A DNA stretch of 64,000 nucleotides from an uncultured delta proteobacterium (GTDB taxonomy: Bacteria > Desulfobacterota > Desulfomonilia > UBA1062). Shown piece after piece: positions 9,213-19,525 of the stretch. Location: positions 96,001 to 160,000 of the forward strand of contig CAWAUM010000003.1 in NCBI GenBank assembly GCA_963785235.1. The letters run 5' to 3'. Under the pieces are notes generated by a model. It was not told the DNA's origin. It saw nothing but the letters and a program-made list of their open reading frames with translations, and searched no databases. The position numbers and the translations under genes are program-made. Within the stretch, counting starts at the first letter, position 1. Every line of letters starts with the position of its first letter.

Positions 9213-12155
9213 CTAAGGTATTGATACTGGTGGGCTAGGAAGTGTATCCTTAGTCTTATCAAGTTCAGACCTTACAGCCCGAGCAAGATCACTTAAGGCA
9301 TAGGGCTTACGAATATACGCACCCACACCCAGTTTAATGGCTTCCCTTACCCTGTCCGTCTCAGAGAAGCCACTGACGATGATGGCCTTCTGGTGACCCT
9401 GTACGGCAAGCATCTTCTTGTAGGTGTCCAAACCATCTATCCCGGTGTCCATAATCATGTCGAGAATAACAAGGTCTACTGCATTGAGTTTGATCAACTC
9501 CACGGCATCCTCACCGCTCATAACCGTATCCACATTGTAGCCGAGCTTTTTTAACAAACTTCTCGTTATTTCCCTTTGTTCCTCTGAATCATCCACCACA
9601 AGGATATGCTCCGTGCCTGAATAATCCTGGATCGACCCATTGTCAGCCTTCTCTTTGATAATGTGTCTGGTAACAGGGAAATAAAGGTCGAACCTTGTGC
9701 CCTCGCCTTCCTTGCTCTCCACATCGATGTAACCGTTGTGATCCTTGACCGTGGACCACACAACAGTCATTCCCAAGCCTGTACCGCTCCTGCCCATGAC
9801 CTTCTTTGAGAAGAATGGTTCAAAGATCTTTCTCAGGTCATCTTCTGAAATTCCAATACCGTTATCTGCAACCGACAGCACCGCATATTCTCCCTGGGAT
9901 ACCGTGTCATAGCCCTTGAGAGGCTTATCAAGATGCCTGTTGCCGGTGCTCACAGACACAGTTCCGCCCTTGTGCATAGCCTCGGCTGCATTCGAAACGA
10001 GGTTCATCAGGGTTTTGCCTAGGTGCACCTCTGAACCCAGTATATACTTGAGTTCATCATCAAGGCGTACATCAAAATTAACATGGGGGTGATACTCCTG
10101 GAGTTTCGAGAATTCAGGGCTTTCAAAATAGTCTCTCAATATTGCGTTGAGATCAACGACATTCGAGACATTGACCCCCCTGCGTGCAAGGGTGAGGAGG
10201 TCTTGAACCATTGCTGCAGCCTTGTCTCCGGACTTCTTGATGGTTTGTACCGCCTTCCTCATGGGGCTTTCCTCCGGGATTTCCATAAGGAGGAGTTCAG
10301 GATAGCTCGTGATACCACTTAAAATATTGTTCAGGTCATGGGCCACACCGCCGGCCAAGGATCCTATGGCCTCCATCTTCTGTGCCCTGATGAGCTGTTC
10401 CTCCAACTGTCTCTTCTCACGCTCGGCCTTTTTCCGGGCCGTGGTGTCATAGCCCACACAAAGGATCTCGGAGACATTGCCCTCTTTGTCGTAGATGGCC
10501 TTACTGCTCCAGTTTATCCATACTCGCTCTTTGCTTTTCAGGATATTCTCGCTCTCCATTGTATCATAACTTTCCGGGTTTGAGAGGAATACACTCATGG
10601 CAGAGGTCAAGTCCCTCCCGTTGAGATCTTTTTCCGGCACGATGAAGCCCAGGATGTTCCTGCCGAGCATCTCAGCTTCGTCATAGCCATAGAACTCCTT
10701 GGCATAACGGTTGACAAAGGTTACTTCACCCTTGGTATTGATCCTGAGGATGATACTGTTGGCACTCTCCACGAGCACACGGTATTTCTCCTCACTTGCC
10801 TGCATCATCTCAAAGGTGCGTGCATTATGAATGCTGATGGCGATCTGAGGGGCAATTCCCATGAGGAGATTGAGATCGCTCTGTTTGGGAGGGCCTATAG
10901 TCTTTGTATTATCGAGAGAGAGAACCCCCAGCGGCTCATCCTCATAGATAATCGGGACACAGATAAATGATCGGGCGCCTGATGTGCGGACAAGATCCTT
11001 GCTCCGCTGAGACAGGTTATCTATGATTTCATTCACATCATTCACAAGGAATGGCTTTTTCTGCCTGAAAGCCATGACGAATGGCCCCTTTGACCCGGGA
11101 TTGTCAAGATGAAGCTCAGTAGTTCTCAGTGATTCCAACTGCCCGGCCGTATACCCATATCCGGCTTTGATTTGAAGCCTTTTTCTTTCATGGTTCGCAA
11201 GGAGGATCATCCCCCTGTCATAGTCGAGGTGTTTCTTGAGGGTGACCATTGCAATATTTAAGAGCTCATCTATATCGAGTACGCTGGAGATTGCCTGGCC
11301 AAGCTCCTGTATCAGTTCTGCATCGCTGTATCTTCGGTTCGATTCAGCCATGAGCTGTTCCGCCATTTTGCCCTGATGCTCGATCTGCCGCCTGAGGTCC
11401 TGCTTCTCCTTAATCCCGATATAAGCTGAGAAGCCTAAAACCATCGAAAGCAATCCGAGACCGATGTCTGCTGTGTGAGTAGTGGATAGAAAAAATGAAC
11501 CGATGGCTGTGGATAGTATACTTAAGAGAAGAATGAGATTTCTCAATCGTTTAAGCTTGAGCGATAACGGCTCATTCCAGGAAATAAGATATTTACAGTA
11601 GTTTGCCCCTTTGTGAATGCATTCGTTATGCTCAACAATTGCATACTCTCCGGTAAAAGGCATGGCCAGGGCTTCCATTGATCCAAGACGGTTTTGGCAT
11701 TGATAGAGTTTTTCCTTTACCCCTGGATTCTGTTCGAAGACAGCCTCAACCTTGTTTGATGCAATTTTATTAATTGTGATCTTGGTTCCTCTTGTAAGCT
11801 TTGATCCGATCTTTCCCATGACTTCATAGGCTGTTGATGGTTCGATAAAACTGAAGATATACTGGCGGATTATGCCATAGGACGCAGATGTCGTGCCATA
11901 CCTGCCTGCATCACGTGCGATATTAGTATGATTGGTGAGTTTGTCTACAATCTCATGAAAACGGTCAGCCTGTTCCTGTGTATACCAATAACCGTCATCA
12001 TCTAACTGAGACTTCGTAATACCAGAGTAATCAAGGATATGGTCAATATTCAGTTCAGGATAATTCTTTCGGACATACTCCAGGTATGTCTTTATAATTT
12101 TTATATGATAGAGGTGCTTACCCTGTTGCCCAGCATCATTCATGCATCGATCCAT
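9213..12155 (-). CDS. Hybrid sensor kinase: V4R/H-NOX-like N-domain, 2 TM, GAF, PAS, HisKA, HATPase, REC
   Basis: VAHDLNN H-box, DNGIG and GTGLG boxes, receiver LDMIM; N-terminal CQNRLG...[12 protein letters not shown]. Confidence 0.9.
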   Translation of the reverse strand: MDRCMNDAGQQGKHLYHIKIIKTYLEYVRKNYPELNIDHILDYSGITKSQLDDDGYWYTQEQADRFHEIVDKLTNHTNIARDAGRYGTTSASYGIIRQYIFSFIEPSTAYEVMGKIGSKLTRGTKITINKIASNKVEAVFEQNPGVKEKLYQCQNRLGSMEALAMPFTGEYAIVEHNECIHKGANYCKYLISWNEPLSLKLKRLRNLILLLSILSTAIGSFFLSTTHTADIGLGLLSMVLGFSAYIGIKEKQDLRRQIEHQGKMAEQLMAESNRRYSDAELIQELGQAISSVLDIDELLNIAMVTLKKHLDYDRGMILLANHERKRLQIKAGYGYTAGQLESLRTTELHLDNPGSKGPFVMAFRQKKPFLVNDVNEIIDNLSQRSKDLVRTSGARSFICVPIIYEDEPLGVLSLDNTKTIGPPKQSDLNLLMGIAPQIAISIHNARTFEMMQASEEKYRVLVESANSIILRINTKGEVTFVNRYAKEFYGYDEAEMLGRNILGFIVPEKDLNGRDLTSAMSVFLSNPESYDTMESENILKSKERVWINWSSKAIYDKEGNVSEILCVGYDTTARKKAEREKRQLEEQLIRAQKMEAIGSLAGGVAHDLNNILSGITSYPELLLMEIPEESPMRKAVQTIKKSGDKAAAMVQDLLTLARRGVNVSNVVDLNAILRDYFESPEFSKLQEYHPHVNFDVRLDDELKYILGSEVHLGKTLMNLVSNAAEAMHKGGTVSVSTGNRHLDKPLKGYDTVSQGEYAVLSVADNGIGISEDDLRKIFEPFFSKKVMGRSGTGLGMTVVWSTVKDHNGYIDVESKEGEGTRFDLYFPVTRHIIKEKADNGSIQDYSGTEHILVVDDSEEQREITRSLLKKLGYNVDTVMSGEDAVELIKLNAVDLVILDMIMDTGIDGLDTYKKMLAVQGHQKAIIVSGFSETDRVREAIKLGVGAYIRKPYALSDLARAVRSELDKTKDTLPSPPVSIP

Positions 12156-12349
12156 TATTCCGTATTAAAAGAAGCCCCGATCGAGAAGGCTTCCTTCTCC
12201 ACAAAAACTTCAGGTTCGAATTTCGAAATTACATCAATCAAACCGTACTTTTATAATCGGCAATATGAAAAGGGAACATGACTTTATTCTGAATGCTTCA
12301 AGAGATCATGAATGCACGGTTTGCGGACATATTGACGGTTACTTAACTC

Positions 12350-14488
12350 TCACTTTTTGAATATTCTTGCGAGAAGGATCTTCAGGAAAAGTCGTGCAGG
12401 GCGGATTTTTGCCTGCGTCTTCAAATGTTCTGAATAATCATCACTAGCCCGGGCACTGAGAACCCAAAGGTTGTATTTTTTACTGTATGGTATGGCCTGC
12501 TCGTCGGCATATTGGTATGGGTAAACGAGAACAGGGACATTGGATGTCCTATAGAGCCCTGAAAACATCCCGACAGAGGCCTTCAGTATGCTCCATGGAA
12601 GATCCGTCTTATCGGTTACTATGATCTTGATACTGTTGAGAAGTTCCGAAAGGTTTACTCCCATGTCCGACTCGTCTACGATCATATACGCCTTTGTCTT
12701 TCCATTATATTTCAAGACATGCGCCCTATATTTTCGTTTGAGTCCATATTTGCTGTAGAGGTCACTGATCGATCCTGTAGAATCAATTCGGCCATCGAGA
12801 CAGAAAGCATCGACCATAAGGCCGCCGGAGAGCTCTTTATAACTTGATCGCAGTTCGGCGATGTCTTTGGTGGAAGTCTCACTCAGAGTCCAATTCTCCG
12901 GCAGTGCTTTCTTGGTTGGCGTCAGCGGATGTGTGATATAAGCAAAACAATCCATTGAGCAACCCTGTGGATTTTTGTATTCTCTGCAGAATCCTCCGAA
13001 AAAGTGATCCGGGAATTTATTATCAGGCCGGAAGTAGAAGATCATGTAGTCCATGCCGATTGAAGGCATTCGATAAAAGCCATCAAAGTAGTTGAGTATA
13101 TGATTCAGTACAAACAGGCCGGTCCTTTTTGTTCCCATTGGTTTAGCCGCGAGGTGGTGAATCATCCAGGTCCGTTCGTAGGACTTGATTATGGACACAT
13201 GGCCATATATTGCGTCGTTCTCCCGGTAAGTAAAGTTGGCAAATATTTCAGGACTGCTGTGATAGAGCTTTTCGTAGGTTTTTTTATAATCTTCTTTATA
13301 CTGGCTGAAGCAAGAATACTTGTTGGGATAAATAAAACCTGACTCGAAGAAAAATCCCCAGAGGAGGTCCATGTTGACATCACGGGAGACATTTGCATGC
13401 CTGTCAATGGCGTTGCTGTACATGTCAAACAGCTGGTTATACGTTACTACGTCTGTGTCGTTAATTGCAAAGCCGTACTTAACTCTGTTTTTTTTCTGCG
13501 GGCTGGCATGCACGATTTGCGCAGAACATTTCATCTTGAACAGGCCGGGACGGGTAATCGTGACCGTGTCGATTATCATACCCGGGATCAGAAGAGAAGT
13601 ATCGGATTTTGCCTCCACGGAGAAACCGGAGGTTGTTATGTCAACCACATCAAAAGTGACCCGCTTTAAAGTGAACGGGTGATTGAAGATCACCTTGGGG
13701 CCTGGAGAAAAGATCATCCTGGGATTTCGGAATTTTTTCTGTTTGTAACGCTGCTGAGGAATGTTGAGAGGATTTACTACAAGTACGTTATTTCTCTCTT
13801 CGACACGGATAAGATTACCAAGGCCCGAGAAGATACGATCATCCCCTCTTGTGAGATGAATGGTGAATTCTTGTTCAGAACGTAGAGATGATATGACCTC
13901 AGCAATATTGTCCTTCAGGGAGATACGCAGCCCGGAAGGATTAAACTCCTCAAGCGATCCCTCTATTTCTCTATCCCCTTGCTTCAGCACAGCATCCACA
14001 AGATGACAGTAAAACCTCTTTGCATGACGTGCGTTGTATATTGTCCCGGATTTCCTGAGCTTCATCGTGATGGACTTTGAAGATACCCGGACAGGGTCCA
14101 CATTCATGATAATTATTGATTGTCCATTATCTATTACAAGCCCTTTAATCAAAAAGTTATCAAAACTCAGGTGTGATCCTTCGGGAAGTGTACAGATAAG
14201 CTCGTTAGCAATACAAGGACCCGGGAGCACCCAGAAGAGCAACTCCTCCTTGGTAAGAGGGTGGACCATCAGTACGAAAATCTGCTCGTCATTAAAATTG
14301 TGAAAATTAATGGTATTGATAATTTGTTTCTGGTCGATCCTTGATGAAGAGAACACGGACCGCTTCAGATTCGATCTCTTGAATTGTACGGCCTGTGGAT
14401 ATATTTTGGATAAAATCCCTGTTACATCCTTGATATCAGTAATGTTATGAACATCATTGTCCATACAATTCCCCCTGTACATGTTCAA
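12350..14488 (-). CDS. PilZ-domain protein with C-terminal acyltransferase (GNAT)-like region
   Basis: RHAKR...EFNPSG and FRNPR...DITTSG PilZ-type motifs. The GNAT-like call for the C-terminal half (WMIHHLAA, YFRPDNKFP) is by family recognition only. Confidence 0.65.
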   Translation of the reverse strand: MNMYRGNCMDNDVHNITDIKDVTGILSKIYPQAVQFKRSNLKRSVFSSSRIDQKQIINTINFHNFNDEQIFVLMVHPLTKEELLFWVLPGPCIANELICTLPEGSHLSFDNFLIKGLVIDNGQSIIIMNVDPVRVSSKSITMKLRKSGTIYNARHAKRFYCHLVDAVLKQGDREIEGSLEEFNPSGLRISLKDNIAEVISSLRSEQEFTIHLTRGDDRIFSGLGNLIRVEERNNVLVVNPLNIPQQRYKQKKFRNPRMIFSPGPKVIFNHPFTLKRVTFDVVDITTSGFSVEAKSDTSLLIPGMIIDTVTITRPGLFKMKCSAQIVHASPQKKNRVKYGFAINDTDVVTYNQLFDMYSNAIDRHANVSRDVNMDLLWGFFFESGFIYPNKYSCFSQYKEDYKKTYEKLYHSSPEIFANFTYRENDAIYGHVSIIKSYERTWMIHHLAAKPMGTKRTGLFVLNHILNYFDGFYRMPSIGMDYMIFYFRPDNKFPDHFFGGFCREYKNPQGCSMDCFAYITHPLTPTKKALPENWTLSETSTKDIAELRSSYKELSGGLMVDAFCLDGRIDSTGSISDLYSKYGLKRKYRAHVLKYNGKTKAYMIVDESDMGVNLSELLNSIKIIVTDKTDLPWSILKASVGMFSGLYRTSNVPVLVYPYQYADEQAIPYSKKYNLWVLSARASDDYSEHLKTQAKIRPARLFLKILLARIFKK

Positions 14489-14705
14489 AATAAATCATCA
14501 ACTTTATCAAAAAGTAAAAGTGTTTCCTCTTAACTTGATACTATAAAACTAATAAAATATCTATGATTATCTCCACAAGTGAACATTCAAAAGAATAAAA
14601 AGAGACTAATTAATATAATGTATTCACGTTTTATTATATTTGAAATATCCATCTCAGTTATTTCTTACACAAGGGGATATTCCCCCTTAGCATTGTATAC
14701 TTTTT

Positions 14706-15521
14706 TTATTTTACCGGCTTCCTGCCTGTGCAGATTATAAGCGGCGTGTAGGTAAAACGCCTCGGATCGTGGAAGAAGTCATTAAAGTCTTTAAAAAAAC
14801 CTTCATAACCACCCGGATAGTCATCAAAGAGGGTTTTGGCCTTTACAGATGCCATCTCTACTTTCTTTATCCAATTAAAATCATCGCTTGACTGAAGATC
14901 TCCATAAATAAGGTGGTGGGGTATCAGGCTGACCTCGATATCTCGGAACCCGAGGTCATACAGGTACGTGTACATTTTCCTACCGACAAAGGCATCAAAA
15001 TTATATTTTGTCATCATTTTCTGCACTAATTTCTGAAGTATTGACTCCATCTCAGGCTTTATTGGGTAATGACTCAGGCAATTATAATCAAGGTCCAGGA
15101 GACACAGCCGGCCTAGTGGCTTCAGGCTTTCTGCAGCATTCCTGATAATATCAAGAGATCCCTCCAGGTAATACTCAAGTACAAAACGGATCCAGATAAA
15201 ATCAAAGGAACCCAGTTCGTCAAGGGGCTTCATAAGATCCATGCATCGAAACTCGATGCCGTCTTTGTTTCCGTAATGCTTATCTGCAAAATCAACCCTG
15301 TCCTGTGCGAAGTCTATACCTACTGCGGAACCGCCGGGCCGAACCATCTCATGAATAATGGAAGTTGTTTTTCCTGATCCGCAACCTGCATCAAGTACCC
15401 TTGCCCCGGGACCTATACCGCAAAGCTCGACCTGCCTTCGCACCGCATCGGGGTCTGTCTTGACGTCAAGCCTGAGGGCTTCCTCGGAATTCTCCATGAG
15501 ATATGCATCAGAACCGGACAT
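14706..15521 (-). CDS. Class I SAM-dependent methyltransferase
   Basis: VLDAGCGSG motif I, GID, FDFIWIRFVLEY and LKPLG. Confidence 0.9.
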   Translation of the reverse strand: MSGSDAYLMENSEEALRLDVKTDPDAVRRQVELCGIGPGARVLDAGCGSGKTTSIIHEMVRPGGSAVGIDFAQDRVDFADKHYGNKDGIEFRCMDLMKPLDELGSFDFIWIRFVLEYYLEGSLDIIRNAAESLKPLGRLCLLDLDYNCLSHYPIKPEMESILQKLVQKMMTKYNFDAFVGRKMYTYLYDLGFRDIEVSLIPHHLIYGDLQSSDDFNWIKKVEMASVKAKTLFDDYPGGYEGFFKDFNDFFHDPRRFTYTPLIICTGRKPVK

Positions 15522-15624
15522 ATCCCCTCCTTATTTGCAGTGATTTGATTTATTGCAGAATATTAACCAAAATAGCTACATACCTTTATAAGAATCACCT
15601 TACTGTGTGGCTCACCCTTGCACA

Positions 15625-15993
15625 TCAGTCAACGACATCCTTAGATTTATCCCGTGCGCGTTTAGCCCTTTTGTTCTTCTGCTTCCGCACTCTATCGACT
15701 TCCCTTGCCTTGGCGCAGTGCCCTCCATGAAGAAGCTCATCTATCTTGTCCGCCAGGGTCCTTCTGGCAAAAAACCTGTTCATGGCCTGACTCCGGGCCT
15801 TCTGACACTTCACTTCAATGCCGGTAGGGGTATGCTTTAAGTATACACAAGAGGAGGTTTTGTTCACCTTCTGGCCCCCTTTGCCCTGAGAACGGATGAA
15901 CTTTTCTTCAATGTCCTTCTCTTGTATCCCGAGATCCTTCATGCGTTCTTCCAGGGCATGAATCTTTTCAGGGCTTATGTGCGAATCACCCAT
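15625..15993 (-). CDS. arfB: Peptidyl-tRNA hydrolase / ribosome rescue factor, ArfB-like
   Basis: GKGGQKVNK (GGQ), RSQ..NR and basic C-terminal tail. Confidence 0.8.
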   Translation of the reverse strand: MGDSHISPEKIHALEERMKDLGIQEKDIEEKFIRSQGKGGQKVNKTSSCVYLKHTPTGIEVKCQKARSQAMNRFFARRTLADKIDELLHGGHCAKAREVDRVRKQKNKRAKRARDKSKDVVD

Positions 15994-16046
15994 ATAATCA
16001 TGAAAAGAAGAAGAATTTCATGTACCACATACCTTTATCCTTGAAC

Positions 16047-16379
16047 TCAATGGAAATATAAAAGGTAGATGACCGAGAAAAGGATATATGCAACGCCGAT
16101 CAACAGGGTAACTGCCAATTTATCGTAAAATGAAAATGGGCCCAAGAGCCAATAGCGGCAGTGTGGACACTTAATGAACCACCTGCGCCGAACAACACCC
16201 CTGCAACGTGGGCAGTAAATTATCGTTCCCACCTCTCCGAGTTCCCTCACGCTGATGTTTCTCTTCAGTTCTTTATGAACATTCAGGCGCTCTCCACACT
16301 TACCGCACCGTATGTCAATGGGCTGGAAGTCATCCCACACCGTTTTTTTGCCGCAAGTCGGACACTTGACTATAAACAT
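16047..16379 (-). CDS. Double zinc-ribbon membrane protein
   Basis: CPTC, CGKC, CPRC, CPHC followed by a C-terminal TM helix. Confidence 0.75.
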   Translation of the reverse strand: MFIVKCPTCGKKTVWDDFQPIDIRCGKCGERLNVHKELKRNISVRELGEVGTIIYCPRCRGVVRRRWFIKCPHCRYWLLGPFSFYDKLAVTLLIGVAYILFSVIYLLYFH

Positions 16380-16413
16380 GTATACAGATCTCCCCTATAT
16401 GTATAATAGCCCT

Positions 16414-17001
16414 TCATGATGAGGCCCACCTTCCCCCTTGTTTGACCAGAAACAGAATCGTTACAGCATCAGTTCCATAGTTGACTTCCATTGTAACATT
16501 TTTTCCAGCAGGCTTGAAGAAAAGATCAAGCGCCATGGCACTTGGAACATGAAGTTCTGTAGGCAGAGTGGCCTCATTAACCCTCAAAACCCCCCAAGTA
16601 TATACAACTTTCATTCCGCCCGGGATCTTTTGTTTATACAGGTACCTCTGTGAAGGCATATCACCGGCTATCAGACCTGATACCCCGCTCACCGGAAGCT
16701 TTATCATGTCCATCTCTCTACCCCATATGTCCTTGATTACAAGCCTATCCTCATGGATGTCGATTGTGTTGGAGGGCATACCACCCGGAAGGTAGGTCTG
16801 AATAATCCCTGTATTGCTGGAGGTGAGGTATATGGCGCCGTTCACGTTCATATCCTTACCCTGAATGTTTCCCTGTGCAACGAACTCGGCGCGGAATGGA
16901 TAGATCATTTGTGCCGGCACCTCCATTTGAGCGCAACCGGCAAGCAGGACCATACATGCAAGAATATGTGCAGAGAGCTTCATCTGAGGCCTCATATACA
17001 A
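16414..17001 (-). CDS. Hypothetical lipoprotein
   Basis: Lipobox LAGC after a hydrophobic signal; beta-rich body. Confidence 0.65.
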   Translation of the reverse strand: MYMRPQMKLSAHILACMVLLAGCAQMEVPAQMIYPFRAEFVAQGNIQGKDMNVNGAIYLTSSNTGIIQTYLPGGMPSNTIDIHEDRLVIKDIWGREMDMIKLPVSGVSGLIAGDMPSQRYLYKQKIPGGMKVVYTWGVLRVNEATLPTELHVPSAMALDLFFKPAGKNVTMEVNYGTDAVTILFLVKQGGRWASS

Positions 17002-17084
17002 GTTTGTGGCGATAATGGCAAGAATCGCCGTATGGAAAGAATCACTGTATTGACAAATGCGAAATCAAAACTAATTTCTACATT

Positions 17085-17543
17085 ATGATAAATAAAATAC
17101 TCATACCTACCGACTTCAGTATTTCTTCCCGGCATGCATTCAGTTTTGCAGTTGATCTGAACAAGCTTTTCAAGGCGAGGCTGTATCTTGTACATGTCCT
17201 GCAGGACTTTACCGAGTTCTCTGAATACACCCTCAGCGCCACCATCCTTCCTCAACTCTATCTTGAATTCGAACATAATGCATCAAACAAGCTTGAAGAG
17301 ATGGTTAGTGCCATCGTACCGGACGAAATGCACTGCGATACCTATATCCTCCATGGAATCCCCTTCTATGAGATCATCCAGTTCGCCCGAAATGAGCAGA
17401 CAGATCTCATCGTAGTAGGATCACATGGCCGCACAGGGCTCAAACACGTGCTTTTTGGAAACACGGCAGAAAAGATAGTCAAGAAGGCCCCATGCCCCGT
17501 GCTATCGGTAAGGCATCCGGATGCTGAATTCGAAATGCCCTGA
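17085..17543 (+). CDS. Universal stress protein (Usp family)
   Basis: KILIPTDFS, DLIVVGSHGRTG, GNTAEKIVKKAPCPVL. Confidence 0.95.
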   Translation: MINKILIPTDFSISSRHAFSFAVDLNKLFKARLYLVHVLQDFTEFSEYTLSATILPQLYLEFEHNASNKLEEMVSAIVPDEMHCDTYILHGIPFYEIIQFARNEQTDLIVVGSHGRTGLKHVLFGNTAEKIVKKAPCPVLSVRHPDAEFEMP

Positions 17544-17592
17544 GCCACCTTTCATAACCCGCCAAACATTTTGTTTGAGAAGAAAAAACTGA

Positions 17593-17664
17593 CCTGTTCA
17601 AATATGGCATCTCGGCTTCACCGAGATGCCATATTTGAACAGGCTAATTTTTGGTTTGCATCTC
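17593..17664. repeat. Dispersed palindrome copy A: 23-bp arms, CTTCA loop, conserved tail
   Basis: CCTGTTCAAATATGGCATCTCGG-CTTCA-CCGAGATGCCATATTTGAACAGG then CTAATTTTTGGTTTGCATCT. Confidence 0.92.
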
Positions 17665-17708
17665 AGAGATTCTTGAAGTTGTATGATTACCTGAATTCAG
17701 TCTATCGC

Positions 17709-18458
17709 TTATCGGATCGGGTTGATGGGGCCTTCCAGCAATCCTTCAACAAACTGTCTTACAAGGGGTTCCTTTGTCTTATTGAAGTCATCCGGCGACC
17801 CATGAAAAGCCACCTTCCCCTCATAGAGTATTGCCATGTTATCGGCCAGTTCAAAGGCGCCATGGATGTCATGGCTGATAACGAGGCTCGTTGCACCCGA
17901 CTTATCCTGGACACCTTTGATAAGAGCATTTATGGCGCTTGTCATTACCGGGTCAAGCCCTGTAGTGGGTTCATCAAAAAGCAAAACCTGCGGATTCATG
18001 GCAAGCGCCCGGGCAAGACCTACCCTTTTACGCATGCCGCCTGAAAGCTGGGCGGGCATTTTGGCCTCGATGCCTGCCAGACCTACCTCTTTGAGTAGTG
18101 CGGCCACCTCGGCTGCTATCTTGTCTTTATCAAGTTTCGTATGCATGGCAAAAGGAAACCCTACATTGTCTCCCACGGACATTGAATCGAACAAAGCCGA
18201 ATCCTGAAAGCATACACCGAATTTTTTCCTGATCTCGGTAAGATCCTCTTCATTCATGGCAACAATATCCTTGCCGTCAAAAAGGATCTGTCCGGAGTCG
18301 GGTTTCATGAGTCCGAGGATGAGTTTGAGCAAAACGCTCTTGCCGGTGCCGGTGGGGCCCATGATCACCGTTATCTTCCCTTCGGGGATATCGATATCAA
18401 GATTATCAAGTACCTTCTGTGTCTTGAATGTCTTACAAAGTGACCGGATCTCTATCAT
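17709..18458 (-). CDS. MlaF/Ttg2A-like ABC transporter ATP-binding protein
   Basis: GPTGTGKS, FQDSALFDSMSV, LSGGMRKRVGLARA, DEPTTGLDP. Confidence 0.88.
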   Translation of the reverse strand: MIEIRSLCKTFKTQKVLDNLDIDIPEGKITVIMGPTGTGKSVLLKLILGLMKPDSGQILFDGKDIVAMNEEDLTEIRKKFGVCFQDSALFDSMSVGDNVGFPFAMHTKLDKDKIAAEVAALLKEVGLAGIEAKMPAQLSGGMRKRVGLARALAMNPQVLLFDEPTTGLDPVMTSAINALIKGVQDKSGATSLVISHDIHGAFELADNMAILYEGKVAFHGSPDDFNKTKEPLVRQFVEGLLEGPINPIR

Positions 18459-19336
18459 GAACCACCCTTCCATAGCGTCTGGTAGAGATCAACCCTGCGG
18501 TGAGCACATAAGGGAAACTGTGCCCTGATCTTATGGATTTCAGCAAGATCCAGCTTCACGACCTGAACGGTCTCGTCTATGCCGGCATCAAGGAGTATCT
18601 CTCCCCAGGGGGAGGCTATCATGGAATGGCCCCAGGGGATATACTTCAGGTCCGGATTGTATGCCGGCTGAACCCCGATGACAAAGGCCTGCAACTCAAT
18701 GGCACGCATCCTGACCAGCATCTCCCAGTGGGCCTTGCCTGTTGCCTGGGAAAAGGCAGCGGGTATAAACAAGAGCCGGACATCCTTATCTGCAAGGAGT
18801 TGAGTGAGGGGGGTGAACCTGATGTCGTAACAAATGATCACCGATGCGTTCCCCCATGGGGTTTCAAAATGTGCAAGTGAGCTGCCGGGGACAATCACCT
18901 CTGATTCCTTCACCAAAGGACCACCCACAGGGGTACAATCAAAAAGGTGGATCTTGTCATGGTGATAGATGATCTCCCCATCAGGGCCTGCCACATATGC
19001 ACGGTTGTATAACCTCTTTCCCTGCGATTTCCAGGGCATGGAGCCGGTGACAATATAAATTTTTTTGCTAGCTGCTGTGGCCCTCATGACATCAAGGGCC
19101 TGTGAGCTGAATTGTGCAGCAGAGCGGATCGCCTTTGGTTCATAGGGCGTAAAGAACATCTCGGTAAACACAACGATGTCCGCACCCATATCCGCAGCCT
19201 TTACTGCCATGACCGAAGCTTTTTTGATGTTAAGCTCGAAATCGTATGTTAAAATGTTTTGGCAGATGCCTATGGATACCTGGTCAACCATACTGGATTT
19301 CAAGGCCCCCTCCGGCATATCATCTTGGATACGCAC
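18455..19336 (-). CDS. Carbon-nitrogen hydrolase (nitrilase superfamily, Nit/omega-amidase-like)
   Basis: Glu-Lys-Cys triad: FTEMF, DKIHLFD, ICYDIRF; TGKAHW..L.R.RAIE. Confidence 0.9.
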   Translation of the reverse strand: MRIQDDMPEGALKSSMVDQVSIGICQNILTYDFELNIKKASVMAVKAADMGADIVVFTEMFFTPYEPKAIRSAAQFSSQALDVMRATAASKKIYIVTGSMPWKSQGKRLYNRAYVAGPDGEIIYHHDKIHLFDCTPVGGPLVKESEVIVPGSSLAHFETPWGNASVIICYDIRFTPLTQLLADKDVRLLFIPAAFSQATGKAHWEMLVRMRAIELQAFVIGVQPAYNPDLKYIPWGHSMIASPWGEILLDAGIDETVQVVKLDLAEIHKIRAQFPLCAHRRVDLYQTLWKGGS

Positions 19337-19525
19337 GAGAACTGACTTTACCGGTCAAGAAATTTGTATCGACAATGCATGAAGGAGTCAATTCTTTTAT
19401 CGGTTATGGCCGGCACAACAGATCTAATCAGTTACATCTCTTAAGTCGGTCTGCGCGAAAGAGGTAACCTTACAAAACGATTACGGCGTGTTGACAACAC
19501 GTCAAAAAGAAAAGGAGGAACATAC

